Assembly: GCA_041661005.1 (NCBI GenBank)
Contig: JBAZVG010000001.1
Span: 479,515 to 543,514, forward strand
DNA from: Minisyncoccota bacterium
GTDB lineage: Bacteria; Patescibacteriota; Minisyncoccia; Phycocordibacterales; UBA9973
DNA: 64,000 nt
Direction of reading: 5' to 3'
Part shown: one piece after another, positions 35,825 through 45,892 of the stretch
Layout: every line of letters begins with the position of its first letter
How positions within the stretch are numbered: position 1 is the stretch's first letter
Notes under the pieces: generated by a model
Database searches by the model: none
What the model was told of the DNA's origin: nothing
What the model saw: only the letters and a program-made list of their open reading frames with translations
Position numbers and translations under genes: made by a program

Positions 35825-36976
35825 ATGATTCATAAAAAAAGAATAGTATACTTGGCAGGTTTTGTTTTTGCTTTATCGATAGCCTTGATGTCTTACATCA
35901 ATTCAAGCTTCATTTCTTCTTTCATCGACGAGAAACTGGTTGGACTGGTTTATGCCCTTGGATCAATTGCTTCGGTAATCGCGCTTTTAATAGTCCCCGA
36001 AATATTCAGGAAGATCGGTGGATATAAATTCCTCCTCTCAGTAATCGGGCTCAATGCGCTAGCAATCTTATTGTTTGCGTTTTCACAAAATGCTTGGAGC
36101 GCCATTGTCGTTTTCATCGCAAACTACACATTGAACATCTTGATCTTTTTCTCCTTAGATGAACTTTTGGAAATATTTTCAAAAAATTCTTCAACTGGAA
36201 AAACGAGAGGAAGTTATCTCACTCTCTCTAGTTTAGCTTGGATAATAGCGCAATTAGGATTGGGCACAATCTTGGGAGGATTTTCTTTTAGAATGATTTA
36301 CCTTTCCAGTTTTGTGATAATGTTGTGTCTATTTGCCATATCATACTTTGGTTTGAACCATATTCCAGAACCAAAATACGATAGAATAAATACAAGAAAA
36401 TATATCGGGGAATTTTTAAAAAATAGAAACCTATTCCGCGCTTTCAGTATGAACTTACTACTTCAGTTTTTTTATTGCTGGATGATTATCTACACACCGA
36501 TATATCTGTCTTCATATCTGGGTTTTTCTTGGAAAGAAATAGGCCTTACATTCGCTGTGATGCTTTTGCCTTTTATTATTATTCCATTCCGAATGGGAAA
36601 ATACGCAGACAAAGTGGGAGAACGAAAAATGTTAATGTGGGGATTTGGGATCGCGTCTATCTCGACCTTGTCTCTTTTTTATATTCACTCGAACGAAATA
36701 TGGATATGGGCTATGTTGCTATTCACAACTCGAATCGGCGCCGCAAGTATCGAAGTAATGAATGATATTTATTTTTTTAAACACATAAGACCTGAAAATG
36801 AAGAGTTTGTGGGAGTCTATCGTAGCGCGCCCCCCGTCGCATATATACTAGGTCCCCTGCTTGCCTTCGTAGTTTTTAATTTTGTTCCGTCTTTTAACTT
36901 TATCTACCCCATCCTAGGCACTTTTATGATGTTCGGAGTTTATCTCTCTTCCACCATCCAAAAGAGCGACATTTAA
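35825..36976 (+). CDS. MFS transporter
   Basis: Many TM helices, GKYADKVGERK motif A. Confidence 0.88.
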   Translation: MIHKKRIVYLAGFVFALSIALMSYINSSFISSFIDEKLVGLVYALGSIASVIALLIVPEIFRKIGGYKFLLSVIGLNALAILLFAFSQNAWSAIVVFIANYTLNILIFFSLDELLEIFSKNSSTGKTRGSYLTLSSLAWIIAQLGLGTILGGFSFRMIYLSSFVIMLCLFAISYFGLNHIPEPKYDRINTRKYIGEFLKNRNLFRAFSMNLLLQFFYCWMIIYTPIYLSSYLGFSWKEIGLTFAVMLLPFIIIPFRMGKYADKVGERKMLMWGFGIASISTLSLFYIHSNEIWIWAMLLFTTRIGAASIEVMNDIYFFKHIRPENEEFVGVYRSAPPVAYILGPLLAFVVFNFVPSFNFIYPILGTFMMFGVYLSSTIQKSDI

Positions 36977-36992
36977 AAAATATAAAATTATA

Positions 36993-37412
36993 TTATTTTT
37001 TGTTTTTTAGTAAGTGGCTTTTGTAAATCTTTTCTTTAAAAGGCTTCAAGCGCGCCATTTTTACTATCAGACCTTTATTTTTTAAGTCCTTTTTAAGATT
37101 TTGAACGTAGGCCTTTTGATCGTATCCTAAAGCTATAATATCAGGATGTTCTTTTATAATGTGAGGAATATGATTCTTGATTCCAGAGAGCACTGCTTTA
37201 TCAACCAATTTGCATTTTTTAACCAAAGCTAGCCTCTGGTTCTCATTTAAATAAGAGCTCTTTCCCTTTATTCGTTTTACATTCTTATCTCTTGCTATTG
37301 AAACAATTAAAAATGAAATCTGCGCAAGATTTTTTGCCTGTTTAAAAAAATCAATATGACCTTTGTGCAATCCGTCAAAGGTTCCAAAAACCATTATCTT
37401 CTTTTTCTTCAT
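36993..37412 (-). CDS. Cytidylyltransferase-like / archaeal-type FAD synthase
   Basis: FGTFDGLHKGH, PDIIALGYDQ. Confidence 0.85.
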   Translation of the reverse strand: MKKKKIMVFGTFDGLHKGHIDFFKQAKNLAQISFLIVSIARDKNVKRIKGKSSYLNENQRLALVKKCKLVDKAVLSGIKNHIPHIIKEHPDIIALGYDQKAYVQNLKKDLKNKGLIVKMARLKPFKEKIYKSHLLKNKK

Positions 37413-37454
37413 ACAGACTTTATTACGTAATCTATTACGTAATAGATTACGTAA

Positions 37455-38045
37455 TTATTTAAAAGAAATACTTTCTATAACCACAGGGGTCGCAGGTCTG
37501 TCGGCAATACCGGGAAGCAGAGTCGGCACATTTTCAATTTTTGTAACTATATCCATACCGTTCGTCACTCGCCCAAATACTGTATGCTTGTCATCCAGAA
37601 AATTATTTGAAGCTACGTTAATAAAAAACTGGCTTCCATTTGTGTTCGGACCAGAGTTTGCCATCGAGATAGTTCCCGCATCATTTTTATTATTCTTGTT
37701 TACACTACCCAATTCATCGGGGAAACTGTATCCCGGACCTCCGGTACCCCAAAGATTAATCTTGGAATCGTCTTTCGTCAGAGGGTCCCCTCCTTGAATC
37801 ATAAAACCTTTTATCACTCGATGAAATTTAGTTCCATTATAGAAACCGTCTTTGGCTAACTTCACAAAATTAGCAACCGTATTCGGAGCTTGTGAGTCAA
37901 AAAATTCAATTGTAATATCCCCCTGATTTGTGTGCAATGTTGCATTCATGGTATTTTTCTCTTCTTTTGTACTGCTTGTTGCAGAAAACCAGATGCTTCC
38001 GATCACCGCAACAACACCGACTAAAATAATAATGTTCTTTTTCAT
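37455..38045 (-). CDS. Cyclophilin-type peptidyl-prolyl isomerase
   Basis: FHRVIKGFMIQGGDP, MANSGPNTNGSQFFI, HTVFG. Confidence 0.95.
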   Translation of the reverse strand: MKKNIIILVGVVAVIGSIWFSATSSTKEEKNTMNATLHTNQGDITIEFFDSQAPNTVANFVKLAKDGFYNGTKFHRVIKGFMIQGGDPLTKDDSKINLWGTGGPGYSFPDELGSVNKNNKNDAGTISMANSGPNTNGSQFFINVASNNFLDDKHTVFGRVTNGMDIVTKIENVPTLLPGIADRPATPVVIESISFK

Positions 38046-38049
38046 AAAA

Positions 38050-38970
38050 CTATAAATTCCCCGCTTCTATTATTCTAAGCCCTGTAGGAATAAAGATCGC
38101 ACCGATATTAATCTGCCCGGAAACATTAGCATAAGCTCTATGGCCATTGTTACCCGGAGAACCATCGCCTTCATCATCAAAATCTATCCCTACTCCAAAT
38201 GGAGCTCCCGATGATGCACTAAACCCTCTCAAAAATCCAACATAGTAATTAGCATCAATTTTGGAAAAAAAAGTAGCAAGTTCTCCGCTGGTCATTGGAG
38301 TATTCGGAGAATCTGTATACCAACATGTTGTAAATTCTACATAACGTAAACCTGAGCCATCTGTCGAAACAGTACATCGCACAGCCTTTGGTGAAACATT
38401 CTCTACTGCTGTCCAGCTAGCTACACCATTCGCATCAGAGGTGAGCACTTTTCCGGCACCAGCGCCGGTGGCAACTTGTAAACCAGTCGCTTTGACTGTT
38501 CCCACTACATCCAGCTTTGTGGCTGGCGCTGTTGTCCCAATGCCAACATTCGTCGTAAATATAAAATTAGAGTTTGCACCAACATTATAGATGCCCCATG
38601 TGCTTGCATTTGCTTGGTTAAATTTAAATCCGTTTCCATTGTTTGTAAACAAAAAACCGTTTGGACTATCAATATGCAACTTCGCCAGTGGATTCGTTGT
38701 GCCTATTCCCACATTGCCGTATTGAACGATAAGACCATTTGTTGGATTTCCTGTTCCAGCAACTAATCCTCCCCCTACAGTTAATCCCCCAGTTTTAGTC
38801 TGAAGTGTACCTGATACGTTGATCGGTGTATCAACATTGTTACCGGGCGGATTCGCTGTGGGACCACTCCAAGCGCCAAACACAACATAAGCATAACTGA
38901 CACCCACGGTCAGTATCAAAGCGAGGATTATAGATTTTATATTTTGTGTTACTTTTTTCTTCATAAACAT
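38050..38970 (-). CDS. Surface/fibre protein with NVGIGT repeats
   Basis: Signal-like N-terminus, WSGPTANPP, two VGIGTT.P..KL repeats, GKVLTSDA.G.ASW. Confidence 0.7.
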   Translation of the reverse strand: MFMKKKVTQNIKSIILALILTVGVSYAYVVFGAWSGPTANPPGNNVDTPINVSGTLQTKTGGLTVGGGLVAGTGNPTNGLIVQYGNVGIGTTNPLAKLHIDSPNGFLFTNNGNGFKFNQANASTWGIYNVGANSNFIFTTNVGIGTTAPATKLDVVGTVKATGLQVATGAGAGKVLTSDANGVASWTAVENVSPKAVRCTVSTDGSGLRYVEFTTCWYTDSPNTPMTSGELATFFSKIDANYYVGFLRGFSASSGAPFGVGIDFDDEGDGSPGNNGHRAYANVSGQINIGAIFIPTGLRIIEAGNL

Positions 38971-38991
38971 TTGGTTAAATTATTAATAGTT

Positions 38992-39303
38992 TTATTTACT
39001 CTGTTCTCGTGGCTCAATAGAATCAGATAGTTTCTTTAATTCTTGCGCGGTAAGTAGAGTGGTCGTAGTTGTGGGCTTAATGGAATCAGACAGTTTCTTT
39101 AATTCTTGCGCGGTAAGTGAAGTTATCATAGTCTTAGGTGTGATGGAATCAATAAGAGCTTGTTTTTTTTGTTCATCTGTAAGAGGAGAAGACAAAGGCG
39201 TGGCAGGCGGAGAGGATTTAGACTGAAAAGTATAATGAAAAATAAATGCCCCAGAAAGAAGGATAACCAAAATAAGCAAGATAATTTTTAGACTTTTCAC
39301 CAT
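38992..39303 (-). CDS. Membrane-anchored hypothetical protein with 21-aa tandem repeat
   Basis: LTAQELKKLSDSI twice (63-bp period). Confidence 0.7.
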   Translation of the reverse strand: MVKSLKIILLILVILLSGAFIFHYTFQSKSSPPATPLSSPLTDEQKKQALIDSITPKTMITSLTAQELKKLSDSIKPTTTTTLLTAQELKKLSDSIEPREQSK

Positions 39304-39376
39304 GGCTCAATTATAGAACAAAAGGGTTACTAACAGAAATTATCAATGTGGATAACCCCCACACCCTTCATTCTAT

Positions 39377-39931
39377 TTAATCTTCTTTCTTGTAAAAATG
39401 CGCCACTAGGACTACAGCTAGCAAGGCAAAGAAAATGGTCAGAGCAAGCATGGGGATTGAAATATATCCCCCGAATTCTGACACTAGGCGTTGATAACAA
39501 GACACACCGGATGCATCACAGGGCAATGATGATCCTCCGCCAAAATAATAAAAGAAATTTTGATAAACGGATATCACAAAACCGACAGCAAGGAGCGGAA
39601 GGATATATTTCACTATTTTGCGATCTTTATGCCAGATGGCTGAACCGAAAATAAAAGGAAGCGGAAACAGAAAAATTCTCTGAAACCAGCAGAGATAGCA
39701 TGGCAGAAAATTAATAACCTCCGAATAAACCAAGGAGAAAAGCGATGCAGAAAGGGAAAGGAGGAATCCAATCGGCAAGAAATACTTGTCTACATAACCT
39801 AAAAATTTATTTTTCTCATTTTTCTTTGAAACAAAAAACAAAAGAAAAAGCGCGCAAACTGAAAGTATCTGGAGAATTATTGCTCCCAGTCCGAGAAAAA
39901 CATTCAGATAATGCACAGCTTCTGTATTCAT
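39377..39931 (-). CDS. DsbB/BdbC-family disulfide formation protein
   Basis: PCYLCWFQRI, second Cys pair, SIP.LAL. Confidence 0.9.
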   Translation of the reverse strand: MNTEAVHYLNVFLGLGAIILQILSVCALFLLFFVSKKNEKNKFLGYVDKYFLPIGFLLSLSASLFSLVYSEVINFLPCYLCWFQRIFLFPLPFIFGSAIWHKDRKIVKYILPLLAVGFVISVYQNFFYYFGGGSSLPCDASGVSCYQRLVSEFGGYISIPMLALTIFFALLAVVLVAHFYKKED

Positions 39932-39943
39932 ATTTTTATTTTA

Positions 39944-40363
39944 TTACGGCAAAACGCTCGCCTCGCTGGAGCTTTGGAGAAGCGGGCAGGAAGTTTTTTC
40001 TGCCAATTGCGCAAGAGGAATTTCTCCATTTAGACGCGACCCGTCTATAAACTCCCAAGTCGGATAACTGAGGATCTTTTTATCTATGCAGGCTTGTGTC
40101 TGACCTTGTCCATTGGCAGTAGAACATTCTACGTAGGGCAGAAGTTTAGCGGACGAACCAAAAAGTTTTTTCTGCGCTTGACAATGCGTGCACCAAAAAG
40201 CGCCGTAAAATACTGCGCCCTTATCTTTCAAGCAGGTGGCAAAACTATCATATTTTCCGGGTCCTGCTGGCACATTGGCATTATTTGATCGAATTATAAC
40301 AGTCGCGATAACGCCCAAGACTAAAAGCCCAACTATTGAAATAAATATTTTTACATTATTCAT
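39944..40363 (-). CDS. Membrane-anchored thioredoxin-like protein
   Basis: YGAFWCTHC..QK..FG, YVEC, YPTW. Confidence 0.88.
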   Translation of the reverse strand: MNNVKIFISIVGLLVLGVIATVIIRSNNANVPAGPGKYDSFATCLKDKGAVFYGAFWCTHCQAQKKLFGSSAKLLPYVECSTANGQGQTQACIDKKILSYPTWEFIDGSRLNGEIPLAQLAEKTSCPLLQSSSEASVLP

Positions 40364-40380
40364 GTTTAAATTATACTAAT

Positions 40381-40764
40381 TTAAAATATCTTTGGCAAAA
40401 AGATAATCAGTCCTACAATTATTGCCACAAACACAGACAATAAAACGGCTGCAGCCGCTACGTCCTTAGTGTCCCGAGCATAAGGGTGGTATTCAGGAGA
40501 AGTTAAATCTATGTCTATCTCAATAGCCGTGTTTAATGTCTCAGTGATGAAAACAAAACCAATTGCAAAGACAAGCGCAATCCATTCTAGACCGGAAACT
40601 TTTAAATAACATCCCAAAACTACTACAATCAGGGCCGACACTATGTGTATAAATAAATGCCTCGTTGTTTTAGAAACAACATATAGACCTCGAAAAGCGT
40701 TCAAGAATTTTTCCTTGTATTTCACCTCACGCCACGCTTTTTTTTCTTTTTGAGAATCGTTCAT
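40381..40764 (-). CDS. dgkA: Diacylglycerol/undecaprenol kinase
   Basis: E.LNTAIE..ID, KDVAAAAV. Confidence 0.88.
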   Translation of the reverse strand: MNDSQKEKKAWREVKYKEKFLNAFRGLYVVSKTTRHLFIHIVSALIVVVLGCYLKVSGLEWIALVFAIGFVFITETLNTAIEIDIDLTSPEYHPYARDTKDVAAAAVLLSVFVAIIVGLIIFLPKIF

Positions 40765-40768
40765 TTTT

Positions 40769-41146
40769 TTATTCAGTTTTTGGCAATTCACACCCGCTTA
40801 TTTTTGACAATTTTTCTAACCCCTGCTCCCCCACATATTTACCACCTTTTTCGTCTATCCAAGTCGGATAGCCTTCCACGCCTTTCAGTAGACACTGATT
40901 GGGATTTTCCGTGCATTCAACATAAGGCACATATTTGAAAGAATCTCCAAAACGCGCCTTTTCCGCCTTGCAATGGGAACACCACACAGCTCCATACATA
41001 GTTAAATTTTTCGCCGCTAGACACTGGGCAAAAACATCATATTTTCCTGAAGAAATATCTGGACCTCCTTGTCGAAGTATCGTCGTTGCGACCGTCCCTA
41101 AAACCAAAAGACCTATTATTAAAATGAAAATATTTTTTTGCGACAT
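40769..41146 (-). CDS. Membrane-anchored thioredoxin-like protein (paralog of 39944-40363)
   Basis: YGAVWCSHC, YVEC, YPTW. Confidence 0.88.
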   Translation of the reverse strand: MSQKNIFILIIGLLVLGTVATTILRQGGPDISSGKYDVFAQCLAAKNLTMYGAVWCSHCKAEKARFGDSFKYVPYVECTENPNQCLLKGVEGYPTWIDEKGGKYVGEQGLEKLSKISGCELPKTE

Positions 41147-41158
41147 AGTTTTATTGTG

Positions 41159-41662
41159 TTATTCTTTACAGCAATCGACTAACTTGCCCATGATATCGTC
41201 AAAAGTCATAGGCTTCTCTTTTTCCAAACTATTTTTCACATCCGGTATATTGATAATTTTTAATCTGAGCCCGAAAAATAAATTATATGCTTTATATGCG
41301 AAACTAAACATTTGTTTTGCTTCATCTGTTTTGCCATCTCCCTGCAGTTTAGTGCCGACTTCCATGAGTCGCATCGTGGTGGCGAGCAAGTGCTTGGATA
41401 TGCACCAGCTTTCACCCTCTGTCTTGTCTATCATGCGAGCCAAAAGAACTTTTCGCATCTCGCGCACTTCTCTCAACATATCATAATACTCGTCTTTGCC
41501 TGTTTTTGCCCCGGAAAAAAAGAAATGCTCTTCCAAGCTTATCAGATTCATCACAGCGATGCTCAAATCTTCCTCGGTCGACAAATCAACTCCCCTGTTT
41601 TCCTTCAGTAGGGATATCTTTTTTTGAAGCTCTTCGAAACTCATTAGTTTTAGATCAGCCAT
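41159..41662 (-). CDS. Hypothetical protein
   Basis: 167-aa ORF with EEH, WC..KH and terminal CC residues. Confidence 0.7.
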   Translation of the reverse strand: MADLKLMSFEELQKKISLLKENRGVDLSTEEDLSIAVMNLISLEEHFFFSGAKTGKDEYYDMLREVREMRKVLLARMIDKTEGESWCISKHLLATTMRLMEVGTKLQGDGKTDEAKQMFSFAYKAYNLFFGLRLKIINIPDVKNSLEKEKPMTFDDIMGKLVDCCKE

Positions 41663-41688
41663 AAAATTATTTATATCTTTTTATATAT

Positions 41689-41798
41689 TAATACTAAATA
41701 TTGTTGTTTTAAAAGACTTGGGAGCGCGACGGCGCGAGCACGAGGAATTTTTTAGCAAAAAAATATCCGTGCTTTTAAAACAACAATATTTAGTATTA
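41689..41798 (+). repeat. Palindromic element with perfect 27-bp arms
   Basis: Arms enclose GCGCGACGGCGC and GGAATTTTTTAGCAAAAAAAT hairpins. Confidence 0.85.
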
Positions 41799-41803
41799 TA
41801 ACA

Positions 41804-42502
41804 TTATAATGAAAATATAATAAGACCAAATGCGATAAGAACAAGGAGCAAAAATACGCGAGCTTTTTTCGTCTCCAATCGGCGCAACTTGTCTATCTTT
41901 TCTATCATAACCTTGTTCGTGGCAAATGCAAGTATGAGAATGAGTGGCGACACGAAAACGATGTTATAAATAATCAAATACCAGAAACCTTTCCAGAAAC
42001 TCGCATAATCATGAAGCAGTGTCAGAACAAAGAGGTATGGTCCGCCGGTGCATGGAAATTCGAACAAGGCAACCAAGGCGCCCAAAAAGAAAAAAGCTGG
42101 AATGGAACCCTTGCTGATCACTCTCGCGATGGTCGAATGCGAGCTTTCTGGAATTTTTAATTTAATCGGAAAATTTGGGTAAAATTCATTTATCAAACCA
42201 ATGAAGCTGTAAATGAGCAGTATCGATGCCCCCACTTTCGCCATGATGTTTGGCACATTTAAAAAGCTGAGGGCTTGGAGAGCTCCCAGCCCTATCAATG
42301 TGTAGACTATGGCAATAGCCAAAATGTATACACCCCCCGATAACAAGACAAACTTTCTATTCTTCCCGAGACTGAATAAAAAAGTAATGGTCAAAAATAA
42401 TACGGATATTGCGCAAGGGTTGATGCTGTCTATTAAAGCCGAAACCATGATAGCTGGCAAAAAGAATCCCTGCGCGTTAGTAGCTAAATAACTTGAAAAC
42501 AT
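41804..42502 (-). CDS. CcdA/DsbD-like membrane electron transporter
   Basis: DSINPCA and EFPCTGGPY motifs. Confidence 0.85.
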   Translation of the reverse strand: MFSSYLATNAQGFFLPAIMVSALIDSINPCAISVLFLTITFLFSLGKNRKFVLLSGGVYILAIAIVYTLIGLGALQALSFLNVPNIMAKVGASILLIYSFIGLINEFYPNFPIKLKIPESSHSTIARVISKGSIPAFFFLGALVALFEFPCTGGPYLFVLTLLHDYASFWKGFWYLIIYNIVFVSPLILILAFATNKVMIEKIDKLRRLETKKARVFLLLVLIAFGLIIFSL

Positions 42503-42550
42503 TATAGAATAATAGCACAAATAATTTTGAAAACAAAAATTATTTAATAC

Positions 42551-43699
42551 TTACTGATACTGAATATAAACAGGCTGTGGGTTTAATTTCAGTAAATCAT
42601 CTGGCGTCATTAGAACAGTACCGGGGGTTAAAACATCGTTTTTGTAAAACAATTTAAAACCGGTAAACTGGACTGGTTCTTTGTAGATAAATTGCTGATA
42701 GGTATTTCTTTTTTTCGCCGCTCCGCCCCAACCATCCATATGCATGACTATCTGCACTTCAGGTAAAGGTTTTATTTCTTGATAATTCGTAATCATCTTT
42801 TGGGTATAACGATGAACTATCAAAATCTTTGGGGGGAGGTTGTTTTCTTTGATAATCCTAGCCAAAAAATTGGCTGCAAAATTCAAATCCCCTGCATCAT
42901 AGGTGCCCACGACTTTCCCCGGTCTTATCCCATATTTCATAGAAAATTCAGCATCGACTCCTAGATGCACATTCGGCAATTTAAAATATTTTTCAAGTCT
43001 AGGCAATTCGGATTCTAATGTGCTAAAGCCAACTTGCAAATCCAAAAAAACGATGGCGTTTATTTTGTCTGCTATTGCTAGCACTTTGTCTATCTCACTG
43101 TCTGGCATGCGAGCTCTGTATTTTCCGTCCACCCCGGGACTGCCTTGCGCCACCACCGCAATATAATGGAGCGCTGGAATAACCGGAGTAGACGGATCCG
43201 CCACTTCCCATTTTTTTACTTCTACATCTAACCTGGCAAGCATTTCATCTTCCGGATATTCACCGAGCACTCCCATTTTTTTTGAATATAAATTTCCGTA
43301 ATAAGCAATGATGCGTTTGAAGGGAAGAATCGCCCCAGCGTTAGGATAGACAGTTTTGACTGGCCAGAGGTGTGACCTGATCGGCTGTGGATCAAGGAGA
43401 ACTTTAGTTGTCTTAGTTATCGTTTTACCGTTTTCATCTATTTCAGTAGTCTTAACGGTATTGTAAACAATGGGGTCAGGCGGATTGTTGGCTATTTCAT
43501 TTAACTTTTTGTCGTAGGCCATGGTATCAAGCGGAAGAATAACAGGTGTTGCAGGCTTTTCTTTATTCACTGTTTCTTCACTTCTCACATAAGACGCTCC
43601 AGTGCTAAAAAATTCTGGAAATACAAAAAGAGAAACAGAAAACGCAAGTACGCAAATTAGAAATATCCAAAAGATATTTTTTTTCATTATTTTAACCAC
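42551..43699 (-). CDS. Conserved exported hypothetical protein
   Basis: Signal/TM segment; AYYG, LDLQVG, DGWG, GFKLFY blocks. Confidence 0.7.
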   Translation of the reverse strand: MVKIMKKNIFWIFLICVLAFSVSLFVFPEFFSTGASYVRSEETVNKEKPATPVILPLDTMAYDKKLNEIANNPPDPIVYNTVKTTEIDENGKTITKTTKVLLDPQPIRSHLWPVKTVYPNAGAILPFKRIIAYYGNLYSKKMGVLGEYPEDEMLARLDVEVKKWEVADPSTPVIPALHYIAVVAQGSPGVDGKYRARMPDSEIDKVLAIADKINAIVFLDLQVGFSTLESELPRLEKYFKLPNVHLGVDAEFSMKYGIRPGKVVGTYDAGDLNFAANFLARIIKENNLPPKILIVHRYTQKMITNYQEIKPLPEVQIVMHMDGWGGAAKKRNTYQQFIYKEPVQFTGFKLFYKNDVLTPGTVLMTPDDLLKLNPQPVYIQYQ

Positions 43700-43773
43700 T
43701 AAGGCATCATAGCAGAATTTGGACTAAATCTACAATTTGATAAAAGGTGATTTTTGTATTATTGTACTTAGAT

Positions 43774-43844
43774 TGGGAGATCGTCTAACGGTAGGACCGC
43801 GCCCTCTGGAGGCGTGTATCTTGGTTCGAATCCAAGTCTCCCAG
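43774..43844 (+). tRNA. tRNA-Gln, anticodon CTG
   Basis: TGGGAGA/TCTCCCA acceptor, GCGCC-CTCTGGA-GGCGT, CTTGG-TTCGAAT-CCAAG. Confidence 0.95.
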
Positions 43845-43933
43845 CCTTGTGGATAAAAAGGTAGTCGTTGACTTTTGGACCTGAATACGCTATCATCTTG
43901 TAGTCAAAGGTTTTTTGGCACTATTTACACCAA

Positions 43934-44437
43934 TTGCGTGAAAGAATAAACAACCAAATACGAGCAACAGAACTTCGGGTTTTAGACAGTGAAAATAAAA
44001 ATCTCGGTGTTTTAAGCATAAAAGACGCTTTAGAACTGGCTCAAAATCAAGGCTTGGATTTGATTGAGATAGGTCCGAACGCTAACCCTCCATTAGCAAA
44101 AATAATGGATTTTGGAAAATATAAATATGAGGCAAGCAAGAAATTGAAGAAACAGAAAGGTGGCGCCAAGCAGACAGAGACCAAAGGAATCCAGATTAAA
44201 ATAGGCACTGGAGATCATGATCTGGAGCTGAAGGCCAAAAGCGCTTCCAAATGGTTGAAAGAAGGACATCGGGTGAAAGTTGAACTTTTCCTCGCTGGAC
44301 GCGCAAAGTATATGGATGAAAAATTTTTAAGAGAGCGTTTAGATAGAGTTCTTCATTTAATCACTGAAGATTACAAAATATCGGATGCATACAAAAAAGG
44401 ACCGAAGGGTTTGACGACAACAATAGAGAGAAAATAA
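43934..44437 (+). CDS. infC: Translation initiation factor IF-3
   Basis: INNQIRA, LDLIEI...A.PP.AKIMDFGKYKYE; TTG start. Confidence 0.96.
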   Translation: MRERINNQIRATELRVLDSENKNLGVLSIKDALELAQNQGLDLIEIGPNANPPLAKIMDFGKYKYEASKKLKKQKGGAKQTETKGIQIKIGTGDHDLELKAKSASKWLKEGHRVKVELFLAGRAKYMDEKFLRERLDRVLHLITEDYKISDAYKKGPKGLTTTIERK

Positions 44438-44447
44438 TTCAACAACA

Positions 44448-44633
44448 ATGAAAACAAATAAATCATTTTCAAAAAGATTAAAAGTCACAAAGAATGGAAA
44501 GATACTCTCGCGCAAGCCGGGTTTTAATCATTTCAATGCGAAACAATCACGAACAAGACAGCTTGCCGGAAAAAAAGGTCAGAATTTCGTTATTAAAAAT
44601 AAACCAAAAAGTCACCTATTACCATTTAATTAA
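44448..44633 (+). CDS. rpmI: 50S ribosomal protein L35
   Basis: MKTNKSFSKRLKVTKNGK; between infC and rplT. Confidence 0.93.
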   Translation: MKTNKSFSKRLKVTKNGKILSRKPGFNHFNAKQSRTRQLAGKKGQNFVIKNKPKSHLLPFN

Positions 44634-44684
44634 ACCTCTCCCCAACCCCTCTCCTTATCAAGGAGAGGGGCGAAGGGGTGAGGT
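44634..44684. repeat. CCCCTCTCCTT-ATC-AAGGAGAGGGG hairpin element (copy at 61075-61122)
   Basis: Seen directly. Confidence 0.8.
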
Positions 44685-44696
44685 GAATCAGATTTT

Positions 44697-45041
44697 ATGA
44701 CCAGAGTAAAAAAGGGAGTACATGCATTAAAAAGAAGAAGAAGTGTTTTAAAACAAACTAAAGGTTTTCGCCATGGCCGAAGCACCAAAGAACGCCAAGC
44801 AAAAGACGCGCTGTTGCACGCCGGAAATTATTCTTTTGCGCACAGGAAAGACAAAAAATCCCACAACAGAAAACTCTGGAACATAAAAATAAACGCAGGC
44901 GCGCGCGAACTTGGCATGACTTATTCGAAATTGATGGGAGCGCTTTCAAAAAAGAAAAACTTACTTGACCGAAAAATTCTCGCAGACTTAGCCGAACATC
45001 ATCCGTCAACTTTTGCTAAAGTTTTGGAATCGGTAAAATAA
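44697..45041 (+). CDS. rplT: 50S ribosomal protein L20
   Basis: MTRVKKG, RKLW..KINA, LDRKILADLA. Confidence 0.97.
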   Translation: MTRVKKGVHALKRRRSVLKQTKGFRHGRSTKERQAKDALLHAGNYSFAHRKDKKSHNRKLWNIKINAGARELGMTYSKLMGALSKKKNLLDRKILADLAEHHPSTFAKVLESVK

Positions 45042-45044
45042 TCT

Positions 45045-45156
45045 AAAAAAATAAAACATAACTTTTGAAGGGGTTTCGAGGCTGACGAGCCGAGAACTTC
45101 AGGATTTTTTAAACTTCAAAAAATCCGTACCGGAAAAAGCTATGTTTTATTTTTTT
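45045..45156 (+). repeat. ~110-bp dispersed element, copy 1
   Basis: Core ACTTTTGAAGGGGTTTCGAGGCTGACGAGCCGAG...CCGTACCGGAAAAAG shared with 45776-45892 and 53355-53466. Confidence 0.92.
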
Positions 45157-45756
45157 CTATATTTTATACTCAGCTATTTTATTTTTCTTAACCATATCAA
45201 TAACACCTTCCAAAAGTTTCTTTGGGTCATCACTCGCCATGATCTTTGTATAAGGACGATGACTTTTTTCTAAGATATCTTTGAGCTGATTCCCCATTTC
45301 CCATGGTCCTTCAAAAATACCTAGAGGCTTATCGTCTTCAAAGGCAACAGTAAACTCATGGATAGTCCCGATGCGTCCACAACCGCATATCACAGCATCG
45401 ACACAACGAGTGAGCAATAAATCACGCCCTGGGTAACCAAAACCTGTATAAATTATCAGGTCCATATAATCCAGCGGAAGTTTGTAGACCTCGACATGCT
45501 CTTTTTCGGATGCCGCAGGGGAAAATCCGATAGATATTCCGCCGAGTTCTTTCACTCCCATTGCCACCCAAAAAGGAAAACCTGTCGTAGCTCCCGTCAC
45601 CAGAATCGCTCCTTGTCGAGCTATTTCACGTCCAAGCTCTTTAGCCTTATCTAATGCGTTTAGTCCGCAGTGACCAGTCTCAGCCGCGCCAGAAACGCAA
45701 ATTTTTATTTGACGATGACCGTGCTTATTTTTCGAATTTAAAAAATTAGAATCCAT
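45157..45756 (-). CDS. LOG/SLOG family protein (TIGR00725-like)
   Basis: LVTGATTG.P, TGFGYPGRD, GRIGTIHEF. Confidence 0.85.
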   Translation of the reverse strand: MDSNFLNSKNKHGHRQIKICVSGAAETGHCGLNALDKAKELGREIARQGAILVTGATTGFPFWVAMGVKELGGISIGFSPAASEKEHVEVYKLPLDYMDLIIYTGFGYPGRDLLLTRCVDAVICGCGRIGTIHEFTVAFEDDKPLGIFEGPWEMGNQLKDILEKSHRPYTKIMASDDPKKLLEGVIDMVKKNKIAEYKI

Positions 45757-45775
45757 GCAAAAAAGTATATCACAT

Positions 45776-45892
45776 ATTTAGACAAAAAAACATAACTTTT
45801 GAAGGGGTTTCGAGGCTGACGAGCCGAGAACTTCAGGATTTTTTAAACTTCAAAAAATCCGTACCGGAAAAAGTTATGTTTTTTGTCTAAAT
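45776..45892 (+). repeat. ~110-bp dispersed element, copy 2
   Basis: Same core, different outer inverted arms. Confidence 0.92.
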
